A stretch of DNA of 64,000 nucleotides, from NCBI GenBank assembly GCA_016184305.1, contig JACPCX010000175.1, positions 124-64,123 on the forward strand, in the 5' to 3' direction. Of this stretch, positions 29,028-43,673 are shown piece after piece. The position numbers were made by a program, and so were the translations under genes. The stretch's first letter is position 1. Each line of letters opens with the position of its first letter. The notes beneath the pieces are model-generated. The model worked only from the letters and a program-made list of their open reading frames with translations, was not told the DNA's origin and did not search any database. This DNA is from Candidatus Rokuibacteriota bacterium (GTDB lineage Bacteria > Methylomirabilota > Methylomirabilia > Rokubacteriales > CSP1-6).

Positions 29028-31622
29028 TTGGCAGGACGCTTGAAGATCATTGACCTCGCGAAGGAGCTCGGCGTGACGAGCAAGGATTTGCTCGTGGCGC
29101 TGGAAGGAATGGGGCAGAAGGGAAAGCGGGCCATGACCCCGCTGGATACGGCCACCGCCAACGAGCTCCGTGTCAAGCTCGGCCGAGGGCGAGAGCTGCC
29201 CGTGGAGGCCAAGCCGAAACGCGCGGCCAAACCAAAGACGGCTCCCGAGGGTGGGGTGGGCATCGCTGTCGCCGAGCCGGCGAAGAAGCGAGCCGCAGGA
29301 CAACGCGAGGCGAAGCCGGCCGCACGAAAGCCAGCCGCCAGGGCTCCCAAGGTGGAGTCGGCCGCCGAGGTAGTCAAGCCGGCCGCCACCATCTTCCGTC
29401 CGGCCCCTGCCGTTCCAGTTCCGCCGCCTGCTGGCGAGCTGATCCCGGCGGCGGGAGCCGCCCCGGCTGCTCCTGCCGCTCCCGCCGAGCCGACGAGGTT
29501 CGAGCCCCCGAAGCTCGAGCCGCTCAGGCCGGCCGTGGCCAGGCCTGCGCCCGGCGACTCGATGCGTCCCGCCGCTGCCGCGCCGCCGATGGTGCCGGGT
29601 ATCCCGAAACCCCCGGCGCCGCCGCCGCGAGTCCTGACGCCGACCGCCACGGCCGCGGCGCCCGCGGCACCCGCGGCACCGAGCGTGAAGCCCGCCATGC
29701 CGGTCCCTGCCGCGCGCCCCGCGGTCCCGGGTCGTCTGGTGACACCGGCGGCGCCGGCGGTCGCCGCGCCGCCCGCCCGTGCGGCCGCGCCGGTCGCGCC
29801 CCCCGCGCCCGCTGAGGTCGAGCCGAAGCCTGCCGTCGCTGCGCCTCCGGCCGAGCCCGAGCCGCCCGCCGAGATCAAGCGCGAGCTGGTCAAGCTGCCC
29901 GAGTCCGTCACGGTGGGTGAGCTGGCGGCGGCGATGCGGCGGAAGTCCGGCGAGGTGATCAAGGCGCTACTCGATCTGGGTGTCATGGCCAGCGTCAACG
30001 AGGTGCTCGATCCCACGGCCGCCAAGCTGGTCGCCGACAAGTTCCACTTCGACGTCGAGGTGCGGTCGCTGGAAGGCGACCTCCTCGAAGAGGAAGAGAC
30101 TGACCCGAGCCAGCTCGTCACGCGGCCGCCGGTCGTCACGGTCATGGGCCACGTCGACCACGGGAAGACGTCCCTCCTGGACGCCATCCGCACCACGAAG
30201 GTCGCCGAGAAGGAGTTCGGCGGCATCACCCAGCACATCGGTGCGTACCAGGTGGAGACCCCTCACGGCAAGGTGACCTTCCTCGACACGCCGGGCCACG
30301 AGGCCTTCACCGCCATGCGGGCCCGCGGAGCCCAGGCCACGGACATCGTCATCCTGGTCGTGGCCGCGGACGACGGCGTCATGCCGCAGACAGTCGAGGC
30401 CGTGAATCACGCCAAGGCCGCGAACGTGCCCATCCTGGTGGCGGTGAACAAGATCGACAAGCCGGGCGCCGATCCCGATCGGGTCAAGCGGGAGCTCTCC
30501 AATCTGGGGCTCGTGCCCGAGGACTGGGGCGGGCAGACGATCTTCGTGCACACCTCGGCCAAGAAGGGCGACGGCATCCAGCAGCTCCTGGAGATGACGG
30601 CGCTGCAGTCGGACATCCTGGAGCTCAAGGCCAACCCGAGTCGTGCGGCCCGCGGGGTGATCGTGGAAGGGCGGCTCGATCGCGGACGCGGTCCCGTGGC
30701 GACGGCGCTGATCCAGTCGGGAACGCTGAAAGAGGGCGACGCCGTCGTGGTCGGCTCCCGGTCAGGCCGGGTCCGCGCCATGTTCAACGATCGCGGCAAG
30801 AAGGTCCAGAAGGCCGGGCCCTCCGATCCGGTGGAGGTCCTCGGCCTCTCGGGCGTGCCCCAGGCCGGCGACACGCTGCTGGTGGTCGCCGACGAGCGCA
30901 AGGCGCGCCAGATCGCGACCGTGCGCTCGGAGCGAGACAGGCTCAAGGGCAAGGGCGGCACGCGGATCACCCTGGAGGAGCTGCACAAGCAGATCGAGGC
31001 GGGCGAGGTCAAGGAGCTCCGGCTCGTGCTCAAGGCCGACGTCCAGGGATCGGTGGAAGCCCTCACGGAATCCCTCGAGCGGCTCTCCACCGACGAGGTG
31101 AAGCTCAAGGTCATCCACGGCTCCGTGGGTGCGGTGAACGAGTCCGACATCATGCTGGCCTCCGCCTCCAACGCCATCGTCCTCGGCTTCAATGTCAAGG
31201 CCGATCCCAAGGCGGCGTCGCAGGCGCAGGCCGACGGTGTGGATCTCCGCAGCTACAACGTCATCTACGACGTGATCAACGACGTCAGGGCGGCGCTGTC
31301 CGGGATGCTCGCTCCCGAGATCCGCGAAGTGATCCTGGGACGAGCCCAGGTGCGCCAGCTCTTTCCCATCACCAAGCTGGGCTTGGTGCTCGGATCGGCG
31401 GTGACCGAGGGCAAGATCGTGCGCGGGGCGCGAGTGCGGGTCAAGCGCGGCGAGACCGTCGCGGGCGAGGGGACGGTCAGCTCGCTGAAACGCTTCAAGG
31501 ACGATGTGCGCGAGGTTCTCCAGGGGCTCGAGTGCGGCATCGGGGTCGAGGGCGTCAAGAGCGTCCAGCCGGGGGACATCATCGAGGCCTTCACCACCGA
31601 AGAGGTGGCCCGGACGCTCTGA
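29028..31622 (+). CDS. infB: translation initiation factor IF-2
   Basis: '[12 protein letters not shown]', 'DTPGHEAF', 'NKID'. TTG at 29028 is preceded by a GGGGGAG SD. The ORF is open from a GTG at 28983. N-terminus '[11 protein letters not shown]'. Confidence 0.96.
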   Translation: MAGRLKIIDLAKELGVTSKDLLVALEGMGQKGKRAMTPLDTATANELRVKLGRGRELPVEAKPKRAAKPKTAPEGGVGIAVAEPAKKRAAGQREAKPAARKPAARAPKVESAAEVVKPAATIFRPAPAVPVPPPAGELIPAAGAAPAAPAAPAEPTRFEPPKLEPLRPAVARPAPGDSMRPAAAAPPMVPGIPKPPAPPPRVLTPTATAAAPAAPAAPSVKPAMPVPAARPAVPGRLVTPAAPAVAAPPARAAAPVAPPAPAEVEPKPAVAAPPAEPEPPAEIKRELVKLPESVTVGELAAAMRRKSGEVIKALLDLGVMASVNEVLDPTAAKLVADKFHFDVEVRSLEGDLLEEEETDPSQLVTRPPVVTVMGHVDHGKTSLLDAIRTTKVAEKEFGGITQHIGAYQVETPHGKVTFLDTPGHEAFTAMRARGAQATDIVILVVAADDGVMPQTVEAVNHAKAANVPILVAVNKIDKPGADPDRVKRELSNLGLVPEDWGGQTIFVHTSAKKGDGIQQLLEMTALQSDILELKANPSRAARGVIVEGRLDRGRGPVATALIQSGTLKEGDAVVVGSRSGRVRAMFNDRGKKVQKAGPSDPVEVLGLSGVPQAGDTLLVVADERKARQIATVRSERDRLKGKGGTRITLEELHKQIEAGEVKELRLVLKADVQGSVEALTESLERLSTDEVKLKVIHGSVGAVNESDIMLASASNAIVLGFNVKADPKAASQAQADGVDLRSYNVIYDVINDVRAALSGMLAPEIREVILGRAQVRQLFPITKLGLVLGSAVTEGKIVRGARVRVKRGETVAGEGTVSSLKRFKDDVREVLQGLECGIGVEGVKSVQPGDIIEAFTTEEVARTL

Positions 31623-31623
31623 G

Positions 31624-31914
31624 ATGTCCGCGGCGCGCGTCGCAATCGGCACGGTGGAGATCCACCTGCCGGACGTGGGGTCGCTGAAGGGCAAGCGGCA
31701 CGCGCTGAAGGGGTTGAAGGAGAAGCTCCGGCACCGGTTCGAGATCTCGGTCGCCGAGGTGGATCACCAGGATTCCTGGCAGCGCTCCACCCTGGCCCTG
31801 GCGTGCGTCTCCGCCGACTCCCGTCATGCCAACGAGGTCATCTCGAAGGCCCTCGACTTCATCGAAGACAATGTGGACGGCTACGTGATCGACGTCCAGG
31901 TGGAGATTCTCTAG
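31624..31914 (+). CDS. DUF503 (YlxP-like) protein
   Basis: 96 aa. 'LPDVGSLKGKRHALKGLKEKLR'. Sits in the conserved slot between infB and rbfA. Confidence 0.8.
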   Translation: MSAARVAIGTVEIHLPDVGSLKGKRHALKGLKEKLRHRFEISVAEVDHQDSWQRSTLALACVSADSRHANEVISKALDFIEDNVDGYVIDVQVEIL

Positions 31915-31915
31915 C

Positions 31916-32281
31916 ATGCAGGGAAAGCGGTTGGAACGTGTCAACCAGCTCATCAAGGAGGAGATCTCCACCCTCGTGCAGCGCGAGCTGAAGGATCCGC
32001 GGCTCGGGTTCGTCACGATCACCGAGGTGGACGTCACGCCGGATCTCAAGCAGGCCAAGGTGTTCGTGTCCGTCCTCGGGCCCGAGGAGAAGTGGGTGTC
32101 CTCGTTCAAGGCCCTCGAGAGCGCGCGAGGCTTCATGTGGAGCTGGCTGCGCAAGCACCTGGACCTCCGGGTGACGCCGCAGCTGCTCTTTCGCCCGGAC
32201 CGCTCCATGGAGCACGCCGCCCGCATGCAGTCGCTCCTGGCGGGCCTCCACCGGCAGGAGCCGCCCGAGCCCCAGGAGTGA
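31916..32281 (+). CDS. rbfA: ribosome-binding factor A
   Basis: 'RVNQLIKEEISTLVQRELKDPRLGFVTITEVDVTPDLKQAKV'. Confidence 0.93.
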   Translation: MQGKRLERVNQLIKEEISTLVQRELKDPRLGFVTITEVDVTPDLKQAKVFVSVLGPEEKWVSSFKALESARGFMWSWLRKHLDLRVTPQLLFRPDRSMEHAARMQSLLAGLHRQEPPEPQE

Positions 32282-32285
32282 TCCC

Positions 32286-33272
32286 GTGACCGAGCTCTTC
32301 TCGTCCCCTCCTCGGGCCCTCCTCGACGCCCTGGCCCAGCCGCGCGGTCAGGCGCTGTTGCTCGGGCATGTGCACCCGGACGGGGACGTCCTGGGCACGC
32401 TCCTCGGAGCCGGTCTCGCGCTGGAGCACGCAGGGTGGACCGTCACCTTCGCCGGACCGCACCCCGTGCCCGATGTGCTCGCCTTCCTGCCCGGGGCCGC
32501 CCGGTGGGAGGTGTGGACCGTCGCGCCGCGGATCTTCGATGTCGTCATGCTCACCGATTGCCCGGATCACGCGCGGACGGAAGGGCTCCTCGAGCAGGCG
32601 CGAGCCGCCGGAAGTCGGGTCCTCAACATCGATCACCACCCGGACAACCGCCGCTACGGCACGGTGAACTGGATCGACCCTTCGGCCGCTGCCACCGGTG
32701 AGATGATCCACGAGCTCCTCGGAGCCCTGGGGCTCACGGTGACGCCGGAGATCGCGCTGTGTCTCTTCACGGCTATCCATACGGACACGGGGTCGTTCCG
32801 CTACTCCAACACGACGGCGCGCACCTTCCGTATCGCGGCCGAGCTCACGGCCGCCGGCGCCCAGCCGGCTCTCGTGTCCGACCGGCTCTACCAGCAGCGC
32901 CCGCCGGACGCGCTTCGCCAGCTCGGCGTGGTGCTCGAGGGGACCCGCGTCAGCGACGACGGGCAGGTGGCCTGGCTCACGGTGCCGCGGGGCCTCGTCT
33001 CCGGGTCGTTCATGGCGGCGGAGGACCTGGTCGGCTACCCGCGCTCGCTGCGCGGGGTCAGGGTCGCGCTGCTCTTCAGCGAGGAGGCCCCGGGCGCGGT
33101 GAAGGTGAGCCTGCGAGGCAAGGGCGAGGTGCCCGTGAACCGCATCGCGGCACGCTTCGGCGGGGGCGGGCACGAGAACGCCGCCGGCTGCACCGTGACC
33201 GGGACGCTCGACGAGGCCACCGCCACCGTGCTGGACGCCGTGCGCGACGCGCTGGCATCCCGCGCGCGGTGA
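32286..33272 (+). CDS. DHH/DHHA1 phosphoesterase (NrnA-like oligoribonuclease/pAp phosphatase)
   Basis: 'GHVHPDGDVLGT', 'NIDHHPDN', 'GGGHENAAG'. Confidence 0.85.
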   Translation: MTELFSSPPRALLDALAQPRGQALLLGHVHPDGDVLGTLLGAGLALEHAGWTVTFAGPHPVPDVLAFLPGAARWEVWTVAPRIFDVVMLTDCPDHARTEGLLEQARAAGSRVLNIDHHPDNRRYGTVNWIDPSAAATGEMIHELLGALGLTVTPEIALCLFTAIHTDTGSFRYSNTTARTFRIAAELTAAGAQPALVSDRLYQQRPPDALRQLGVVLEGTRVSDDGQVAWLTVPRGLVSGSFMAAEDLVGYPRSLRGVRVALLFSEEAPGAVKVSLRGKGEVPVNRIAARFGGGGHENAAGCTVTGTLDEATATVLDAVRDALASRAR

Positions 33273-34186
33273 GCCAGGCGCAGCGCTCCGGGGTGCTGTC
33301 GGTCGAGAAGGGGGCTGGCGTCACCTCGTTCCAGGTCGTGGCGCATCTCCGCCGCGTCCTGCGCGCGCCGAAGGTGGGCCACGGGGGGACGCTCGATCCC
33401 GATGCAACCGGCGTGCTGCCGATCCTGATCGGCGAGGCCACCAAGCTCACGCCGTACCTCGCGGAGCTCGACAAGGAATACCTCGCCACCGTCACGCTGG
33501 GGCTCGTCACCGACACCCAGGACGCCTCGGGCGAGGTGATCGAGACGCGTGAGGTGCCCCAGCTGACGGCCGATGGGCTCAGGGGCATTGTCCAGCGCTT
33601 CGTCGGCACCATCACGCAGGTGCCGCCCATGTACTCGGCTCTCCACCACGGCGGCAAGCGTCTCTACGAGATCGCCCGGCAGGGCGGCGAGGTGGAGCGT
33701 CAGCCTCGACAGATCCAGGTGCACGCCATCACGATCGAGGCGCTCGCGCTCCCGCGTTTCACCATCCGCGTCCACTGCGGCAAGGGCACGTATGTGCGGA
33801 CCATCGCGGCTGACATCGGCGAGGCTCTGGGATGCGGGGCCGTGCTGTCGGCGCTTGTGCGCACGCGCGTCGGGCCTTACGATCTGGCCTCCGCCGTGCG
33901 GTGGGTGGAGGTGCGGGACGCGCGTGACGGGGCCCGGCTCTGGCCGCGCGTGCTTCCCCTCGACTCGGCCATCCAGGGGCTCCCGGCGATCACCCTCGAC
34001 CCGGCCGTCGTGCCGGCCTTCCTGCACGGACAGGCCGTATCGGCTCCCGCTGCCGCCCAGGGCGTGCTCCGGGTGTACGCGTCCGACGGCGGTCTCCTCG
34101 GTCTGGGTGTCGGCCGCGGCGCCACCGTCAAGCCCGAAAGACTCCTCCATGCGGATCCTCCACGGCCTCGCGTCCTTCCCGGTTGA
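33269..34186 (+). CDS. truB: tRNA pseudouridine(55) synthase
   Basis: 'KVGHGGTLDPDATGVLPILIGEATK'. GTGA overlap with the upstream gene. Confidence 0.94.
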   Translation: MSQAQRSGVLSVEKGAGVTSFQVVAHLRRVLRAPKVGHGGTLDPDATGVLPILIGEATKLTPYLAELDKEYLATVTLGLVTDTQDASGEVIETREVPQLTADGLRGIVQRFVGTITQVPPMYSALHHGGKRLYEIARQGGEVERQPRQIQVHAITIEALALPRFTIRVHCGKGTYVRTIAADIGEALGCGAVLSALVRTRVGPYDLASAVRWVEVRDARDGARLWPRVLPLDSAIQGLPAITLDPAVVPAFLHGQAVSAPAAAQGVLRVYASDGGLLGLGVGRGATVKPERLLHADPPRPRVLPG

Positions 34187-35096
34187 GCTGACGCCGTCGG
34201 TCACGGCCCTCGGGGCCTTCGACGGCATCCACCTGGCGCACGCCAAGATCCTCGCCATTACCGTCGAGCGCGCCCGCGCGCTCGGTGTCGCGGCACTGGC
34301 CTGCACGTTCCATCCGCACCCCGCCGCGGTGCTCCGCCCGGAGCATGCCCCGGCGCCCATCGCGGCCCCGCAGGAGAATCTGGCTCGGATGGCACGGCAC
34401 GGCCTCGATGCCGCCGTGGTCATCCCCTTCACCCTGGAATTCTCGAGGCTGGAGGCCGAGGCGTTCGTCGAGACCGTGCTGGTGGACAGGCTGCGGGTCA
34501 GGGAGGTCGTCGTGGGATACAACCACACCTTCGGGCGGGGCGCCCGCGGGACGGCCGCGCTGCTGCGCCAGCTGGGTGACCGGCACGGGTTCGTCGCACG
34601 CGTCGTGCCCCCGCTCCAGGTCGACGGCCAGACGGTATCCTCCAGCGCCATACGGGAGGCCCTCAGGGACGGGGACGTGGGCCGGGCCCGGGCGTTCCTG
34701 GGCCACCCGTACCTGGCGAGCGGTCCCGTCCTGCGCGGGGCCGGGCGCGGCCGGACGCTCGGCTTTCCCACGGCCAATCTGCGGCCCGATCGCCCGCTCA
34801 TCCTGGCCCGGGGTGTGTATGCGGCGTGGGCGTCCTGGTCTGGCGGGCAAGCGGCCGCGGTCGTGAACGTCGGGTACCGTCCGACCTTCGGGGAGAGGGA
34901 CTACTGGGTGGAGGCGTACCTGCTCGACTTCGACGGCGACCTCTACGACGAGACCCTCACGCTCTCCTTCATGGAGCGGATCAGGGCCGAGATGAAGTTC
35001 GAGAGCGCGGACGCCCTCACGCGGCAGGTGGCCGCGGATATCGTGACGGGACGCCGCCTCGCGGCCTCGTGGCCCCTCGAGGCCAGAAACGGGTGA
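34149..35096 (+). CDS. ribF: bifunctional riboflavin kinase/FAD synthetase
   Basis: 'GAFDGIHLAH', 'GFPTANL', 'VEAYLLDFDGDLY'. Overlaps truB by 38 nt. Confidence 0.93.
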   Translation: MRILHGLASFPVELTPSVTALGAFDGIHLAHAKILAITVERARALGVAALACTFHPHPAAVLRPEHAPAPIAAPQENLARMARHGLDAAVVIPFTLEFSRLEAEAFVETVLVDRLRVREVVVGYNHTFGRGARGTAALLRQLGDRHGFVARVVPPLQVDGQTVSSSAIREALRDGDVGRARAFLGHPYLASGPVLRGAGRGRTLGFPTANLRPDRPLILARGVYAAWASWSGGQAAAVVNVGYRPTFGERDYWVEAYLLDFDGDLYDETLTLSFMERIRAEMKFESADALTRQVAADIVTGRRLAASWPLEARNG

Positions 35097-35110
35097 GCGC
35101 GGCATTCGCC

Positions 35111-35139
35111 TTTACAGTCGGGCTGTTCCATGATAGCGT
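35111..35139 (+). promoter_or_regulatory. candidate promoter TTTACA-17-TAGCGT (with TGn) for rpsO
   Basis: TTTACA at 35111-35116, TG at 35131-35132, TAGCGT at 35134-35139, in a locally AT-richer spacer after ribF. Confidence 0.35.
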
Positions 35140-35221
35140 CGCTGCGTAACACCTGGGTTTTGCATCTCTCTGGAACCCGTCCTGGCGGAGTCGCAGCAGG
35201 GACCCTGGGGGCGTGGCGATT

Positions 35222-35236
35222 GGGGGGGGACCCCCC
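35222..35236 (+). promoter_or_regulatory. G8-A-C6 hairpin directly upstream of the rpsO SD (possible S15 autoregulatory leader element)
   Basis: GGGGGGGGACCCCCC is immediately followed by the GGAAGGAG SD and the ATG at 35251. Confidence 0.3.
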
Positions 35237-35250
35237 GGAAGGAGACCTGC

Positions 35251-35520
35251 ATGCGTCTGTCCGTCGACAAGAAGAAGAGCCTCATCGAGCAGTTCAAGGT
35301 GCACGATGGGGACACCGGCTCTCCCGAGGTTCAAGTCGCCCTCCTGTCGGAACGCATCAACGGTCTCACCGATCACTTCAAGACCCACAAGAAAGACCAT
35401 CACTCCCGGCGCGGGCTGCTGATGCTCATCGGCAAGCGCCGGGGGCTCCTGGAGTATCTCCGAAAGAAGGACGTGGAGCGGTACCGCGCCCTGACCGAGA
35501 GGCTCGGGCTCCGCAAGTGA
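35251..35520 (+). CDS. rpsO: 30S ribosomal protein S15
   Basis: 89 aa. '[38 protein letters not shown]'. Confidence 0.97.
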   Translation: MRLSVDKKKSLIEQFKVHDGDTGSPEVQVALLSERINGLTDHFKTHKKDHHSRRGLLMLIGKRRGLLEYLRKKDVERYRALTERLGLRK

Positions 35521-35552
35521 CCGCGGACCCGGACCTCATTCTGCCGCAGCGA

Positions 35553-35569
35553 GCCCGGCTGGGCCGGGC
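35553..35569 (+). promoter_or_regulatory. hairpin in the rpsO-pnp spacer (attenuator/processing-site candidate)
   Basis: GCCCGGC-TGG-GCCGGGC, a 7-bp stem with no U-tract, 33 nt after the rpsO stop. Confidence 0.4.
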
Positions 35570-35614
35570 CCATCACATTCCTGCATCACCCCGAGCTGGA
35601 GGTTCAGTCAGCGT

Positions 35615-37749
<2,135 letters not shown>

Positions 37750-37750
<1 letters not shown>

Positions 37751-39015
37751 TGGGGGACCGGTACCACAAGCATGTGCTGCCCAGCGGCATTCGCGTGGTG
37801 GCGGAGTCGATGCCGCATGTGCGGTCGGTGGCCGTCGGTGTCTGGGTAGAGACCGGCTCGCGAGTCGAGCCGGAGGACCGCGGCGGGATCTCCCACCTGA
37901 TCGAGCACCTGGTCTTCAAGGGGACCGCCACGCGGTCGGCCGAGGAGATCGCCCGCGCCATCGACTCGGTCGGTGGGCACATGGACGCCTTCACCGCCAA
38001 GGAGCACACCTGTTTCTACGTGAGCGTGCTCGACGAGCACCTCCCCCTGGCCGCCGACCTCCTGACGGACATCCTGATGCGCCCGCGCTTCGCCGAGGAC
38101 GACATCGAGAAGGAGAAGTCGGTCGTGTTCCAGGAGATCAAGATGGTGGAGGACACGCCCGACGATCTCATCCACGACCTCTTCGCCGAGCGGGTCTGGG
38201 CCGACCACCCGCTCGGGCGGCCGATCCTCGGCACCTGGGACTCGGTCCGGAGCTTCGGGCGGGAGACGATCCTGCGCCACTTCGAGGAGGAGTACGCCCC
38301 CACGAACATCATGGTGGCGGCGGCGGGGCATGCGGATCCGGAACGCGTGGTGGACCTGTTCGCCCCGCGCTTCGAGGGCTTCCGGCGCAAGGCCGTCCCC
38401 CGGCGCAGCGCGGCCCCGGTGCTGCACCACGGCGTCCACGTCGTGCACAAGGCCCTCGAGCAGGTCCACCTGGTCCTGGGGTTTCCGGGGATCCCGGACG
38501 GGGCGCCGGAGCGCTACGCCCTCTATCTCCTGAACGACATCATCGGGGGCAGCATGTCGTCCCGGTTGTTCCAGGAAGTCCGCGAGCGCCAGGCCCTCGT
38601 CTACTCCGTGCACTCCGGGACGCAGGCGTTCCACGACGCCGGAGTCCTCTACGTCTACGCGGGCACCGACGCGCCCAACTTCGGCAAGGTGATCGAGGCG
38701 CTCATGAAGGAGCTGCGCGCGATCAAGAAGGACGGGGTCACGGCCGAGGAGCTCCGCCGCGCCAAGGATCACCTCAAGGGCAACCTCATCCTGTCGCTGG
38801 AGTCGACCTCGAGCCGCATGAACCGCCTGGCGAAGCAGGAGCTCCGCTTCGGCTCCTTCCTGTCGGTGGACGAGATGCTCGCCGCCATCGACGCCGTCCG
38901 GCTCGAGGAGATCGAGGCTCTCATCCACCGGGTGCTCGACGACGAGCAGCTTTGCCTGCTGGCCCTCGGGCCCGTGGATCGGCACAGCCTCCCCCGCGAC
39001 CTCACCCTCCGGTAG
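37750..39015 (+). CDS. M16 family (pitrilysin-like) zinc peptidase
   Basis: Inverted zincin motif 'HLIEHLVFKGT'. 421 aa. The GTG shares one base with the pnp stop. Confidence 0.88.
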
Positions 39016-39016
39016 G

Positions 39017-40312
39017 ATGATCGAGCGCTACAGCCGCCCCGAGATGGCGGGCCTCTGGACCCAGGAGGCGAAGTACGGGGCCTGGCTGCGCGTCGAGCTG
39101 GCCGTGTGCGAGGCCTACGGGCGGCGGGGGCTCATCCCGCCCGAGGCGCTGGGGCGGATCAAGGCGCGAGCCACGGTCAACCCCCAGCGAATCGACGAGA
39201 TCGAAGTGACGACGCGTCACGACATCATCGCGTTCCTCACCAACCTGGAAGAGGCCATCGGCGCCGACTCCCGCTACGTTCACCTCGGCCTCACCTCCTC
39301 CGACGTGGTGGACACGGCCCAGGCGCTCCAGCTCCAGCAGGCGTGCGAGCTCCTGCTGGCGGGGCTCGAGCGTTTCCGTCGCGCCGCCGGGGGGCTCGCG
39401 GTGCGGCACAAGGACACCCTCTGCGTGGGCCGCACCCACGGGATCCACGCCGAGCCCATGATCTTCGGGCTCAAGCCGGCGGGGTGGCACGCCGAGGCCG
39501 GGCGGAACCTGGAGCGGCTGCGCCGCGCCCGGGAGGCCGTGCGGGTGGGCAAGATCTCGGGCGCCGTCGGAACCTTTGCCCACGTCGCTCCCGACGTGGA
39601 AGAGGAGGTCTGCCAGCTCCTCGGGCTCGAGCCGGCGCCGATCTCCACCCAGGTGCTTCAGCGCGACCGCCACGCCGAGCTCTGCGCGACCCTGGCGATC
39701 ATCGCCGCCTCCCTCGAGAAGGTGGCGCTCGAGATCCGGTCGCTCCAGCGCACCGAGGTGCTCGAGGCGGAGGAGCCGTTCAGCGAGGGGCAGAAGGGCT
39801 CGAGTGCCATGCCCCACAAGCGCAACCCGGTGTCCTGCGAGCAGGTGTGCGGCCTGGCGCGGCTGGTCCGGGCCAACGCGCACGCGGCGCTGGAGAACGT
39901 GGCGCTCTGGCACGAGCGGGACATCAGCCACTCGTCCGTGGAGCGGGTGATCCTGCCGGACTCCACGCTCCTGGTGGACTACATGCTGCACCAGATGACG
40001 CGCGTCATCGAGGGGCTGCGGGTGTCGCCCGCGCAGATGCGCGAGAACATGGAGCGGAGCTACGGCCTCATGTTCTCCCAGCGGGTGCTCCTCTTGCTGA
40101 CGGACAAGGGGCTGCCGCGCCAGCGGGCCTACGAGATGGTCCAGCGCAACGCGATGCGCGCGTGGCAGGAGCGCACCGCCTTCCGCGACCTGCTCGCGGC
40201 CGATGGGGAGGTCATGGCGCGGCTCAGCCCGGCAGAGCTCGACGCCTGCTTCGACGCCGCCTGGTACGTGAGAAACGTGGACGCCATCTACACGCGCCTG
40301 GGGCTTGGGTGA
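39017..40312 (+). CDS. purB: adenylosuccinate lyase
   Basis: 'GSSAMPHKRNP' signature. 431 aa. Confidence 0.95.
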   Translation: MIERYSRPEMAGLWTQEAKYGAWLRVELAVCEAYGRRGLIPPEALGRIKARATVNPQRIDEIEVTTRHDIIAFLTNLEEAIGADSRYVHLGLTSSDVVDTAQALQLQQACELLLAGLERFRRAAGGLAVRHKDTLCVGRTHGIHAEPMIFGLKPAGWHAEAGRNLERLRRAREAVRVGKISGAVGTFAHVAPDVEEEVCQLLGLEPAPISTQVLQRDRHAELCATLAIIAASLEKVALEIRSLQRTEVLEAEEPFSEGQKGSSAMPHKRNPVSCEQVCGLARLVRANAHAALENVALWHERDISHSSVERVILPDSTLLVDYMLHQMTRVIEGLRVSPAQMRENMERSYGLMFSQRVLLLLTDKGLPRQRAYEMVQRNAMRAWQERTAFRDLLAADGEVMARLSPAELDACFDAAWYVRNVDAIYTRLGLG

Positions 40313-40375
40313 GAGGCCACTCACCATGGAGAAGCGCGCGCAGATCGAGGGGGCCCGGACAATCGGGGGAGCCGC

Positions 40376-40624
40376 ATGAAGGCGAGGGTGCTCGTGCGGC
40401 TCAAGCCGGGGATCCTGGACGTCCAGGGCGCCTCCGTGAAGCGGGCCCTGGCCGGGCTCGGTTTCACCGAGGTACGTGATATCCGGATCGGGAAGGTGAT
40501 CGAGCTGGAACTGGACGGGCTGGATGCCGCGGCGGCGCGGCAGCGGATCGACGAGATGTGCGCCCGGCTCCTGGCCAACCCCATCATCGAGGACTTCACG
40601 GTGGAGAGCCTGCCCGGGAGCTGA
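40376..40624 (+). CDS. purS: phosphoribosylformylglycinamidine synthase subunit PurS
   Basis: 82 aa. 'VLVRLKPGILDVQG' and 'NPIIEDF'. Confidence 0.92.
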   Translation: MKARVLVRLKPGILDVQGASVKRALAGLGFTEVRDIRIGKVIELELDGLDAAAARQRIDEMCARLLANPIIEDFTVESLPGS

Positions 40625-40706
40625 TGTCGGACCGTTCGGCCTTGCCAGAATGGGGGGCGCGGGCTAGACTGAACGTGTCGCGACAAAAGGAGGAGCCTCG
40701 AGCCCC

Positions 40707-41420
40707 ATGAAATTCGGCGTGGTCGTGTTCCCCGGGACCTGGAGCGATTGCGACTTCCACTATGTCATCAGCGAGGTGCTCCACCAGCCGGTCAGCTACG
40801 TCTGGCACCGGGAGACGAACCTGGCCGATTTCGACTGCCTGGTGCTCCCGGGCGGGTTCTCCTACGGCGACTACCTCCGCGCCGGCGCCGTGGCTGGCCG
40901 GTCGCCCGTGGTCGAGGCGCTCCCGGATTTCGTCGCCCGGGGCGGTGTCGTGCTCGGCTCCTGCAACGGCTTTCAGATCCTCTGCGAGGCCAAGCTCCTT
41001 CCCGGCGCGCTGATGCGCAACGAGTGTCTGCAGTATCGCTGCCAGTCCACCTACCTGAGAGTCGAGAATGCGGAGACCCCGTTCACGCGCGCCCTCAGGC
41101 CGGGGCAGGTTCTCCGGATGCCCATCTCTCACGGTGAGGGGAAATTCTACGCCGACTGGGAGACGCTCCGGGCCCTCAAGGACAAGAACCAGATCGTGTT
41201 CCGGTACTGCACGGAGGATGGGCGGCTCGCGAAGGAGGCCAATCCGAACGGCTCGCTGGACCACATCGCGGGCCTGGTGAACGAGGACGGCACCGTGCTG
41301 GGCATGATGCCCCACCCGGAGCGGGCTGCCGAGAACGCCATGGGGGGCACGGACGGCCTGCTCATCTTCCACTCGCTCCTCGGCAGCCTCGTCGAGGACG
41401 GCAGCTTCCTCAAGCGGTAA
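40707..41420 (+). CDS. purQ: phosphoribosylformylglycinamidine synthase subunit PurQ (glutaminase)
   Basis: 'LPGGFSYGDYLR', catalytic 'GSCNGFQIL', and 'MPHPER'. Confidence 0.95.
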   Translation: MKFGVVVFPGTWSDCDFHYVISEVLHQPVSYVWHRETNLADFDCLVLPGGFSYGDYLRAGAVAGRSPVVEALPDFVARGGVVLGSCNGFQILCEAKLLPGALMRNECLQYRCQSTYLRVENAETPFTRALRPGQVLRMPISHGEGKFYADWETLRALKDKNQIVFRYCTEDGRLAKEANPNGSLDHIAGLVNEDGTVLGMMPHPERAAENAMGGTDGLLIFHSLLGSLVEDGSFLKR

Positions 41421-41447
41421 GAGACACGGCGATGGAGTGGGGCCGGG

Positions 41448-43662
<2,215 letters not shown>

Positions 43663-43673
<11 letters not shown>

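Noticed and set aside
29200-29880. Pro/Ala-rich low-complexity segment in infB
   Set aside because: It is the normal variable N-terminal linker of IF-2 in GC-rich bacteria. It is not an independent repeat element or a separate gene.
34149-34186. 38-nt truB/ribF overlap as a possible frameshift or fusion
   Set aside because: Both proteins have complete, normal termini, and ribF has its own ATG. This is an ordinary overlap in a compact operon.
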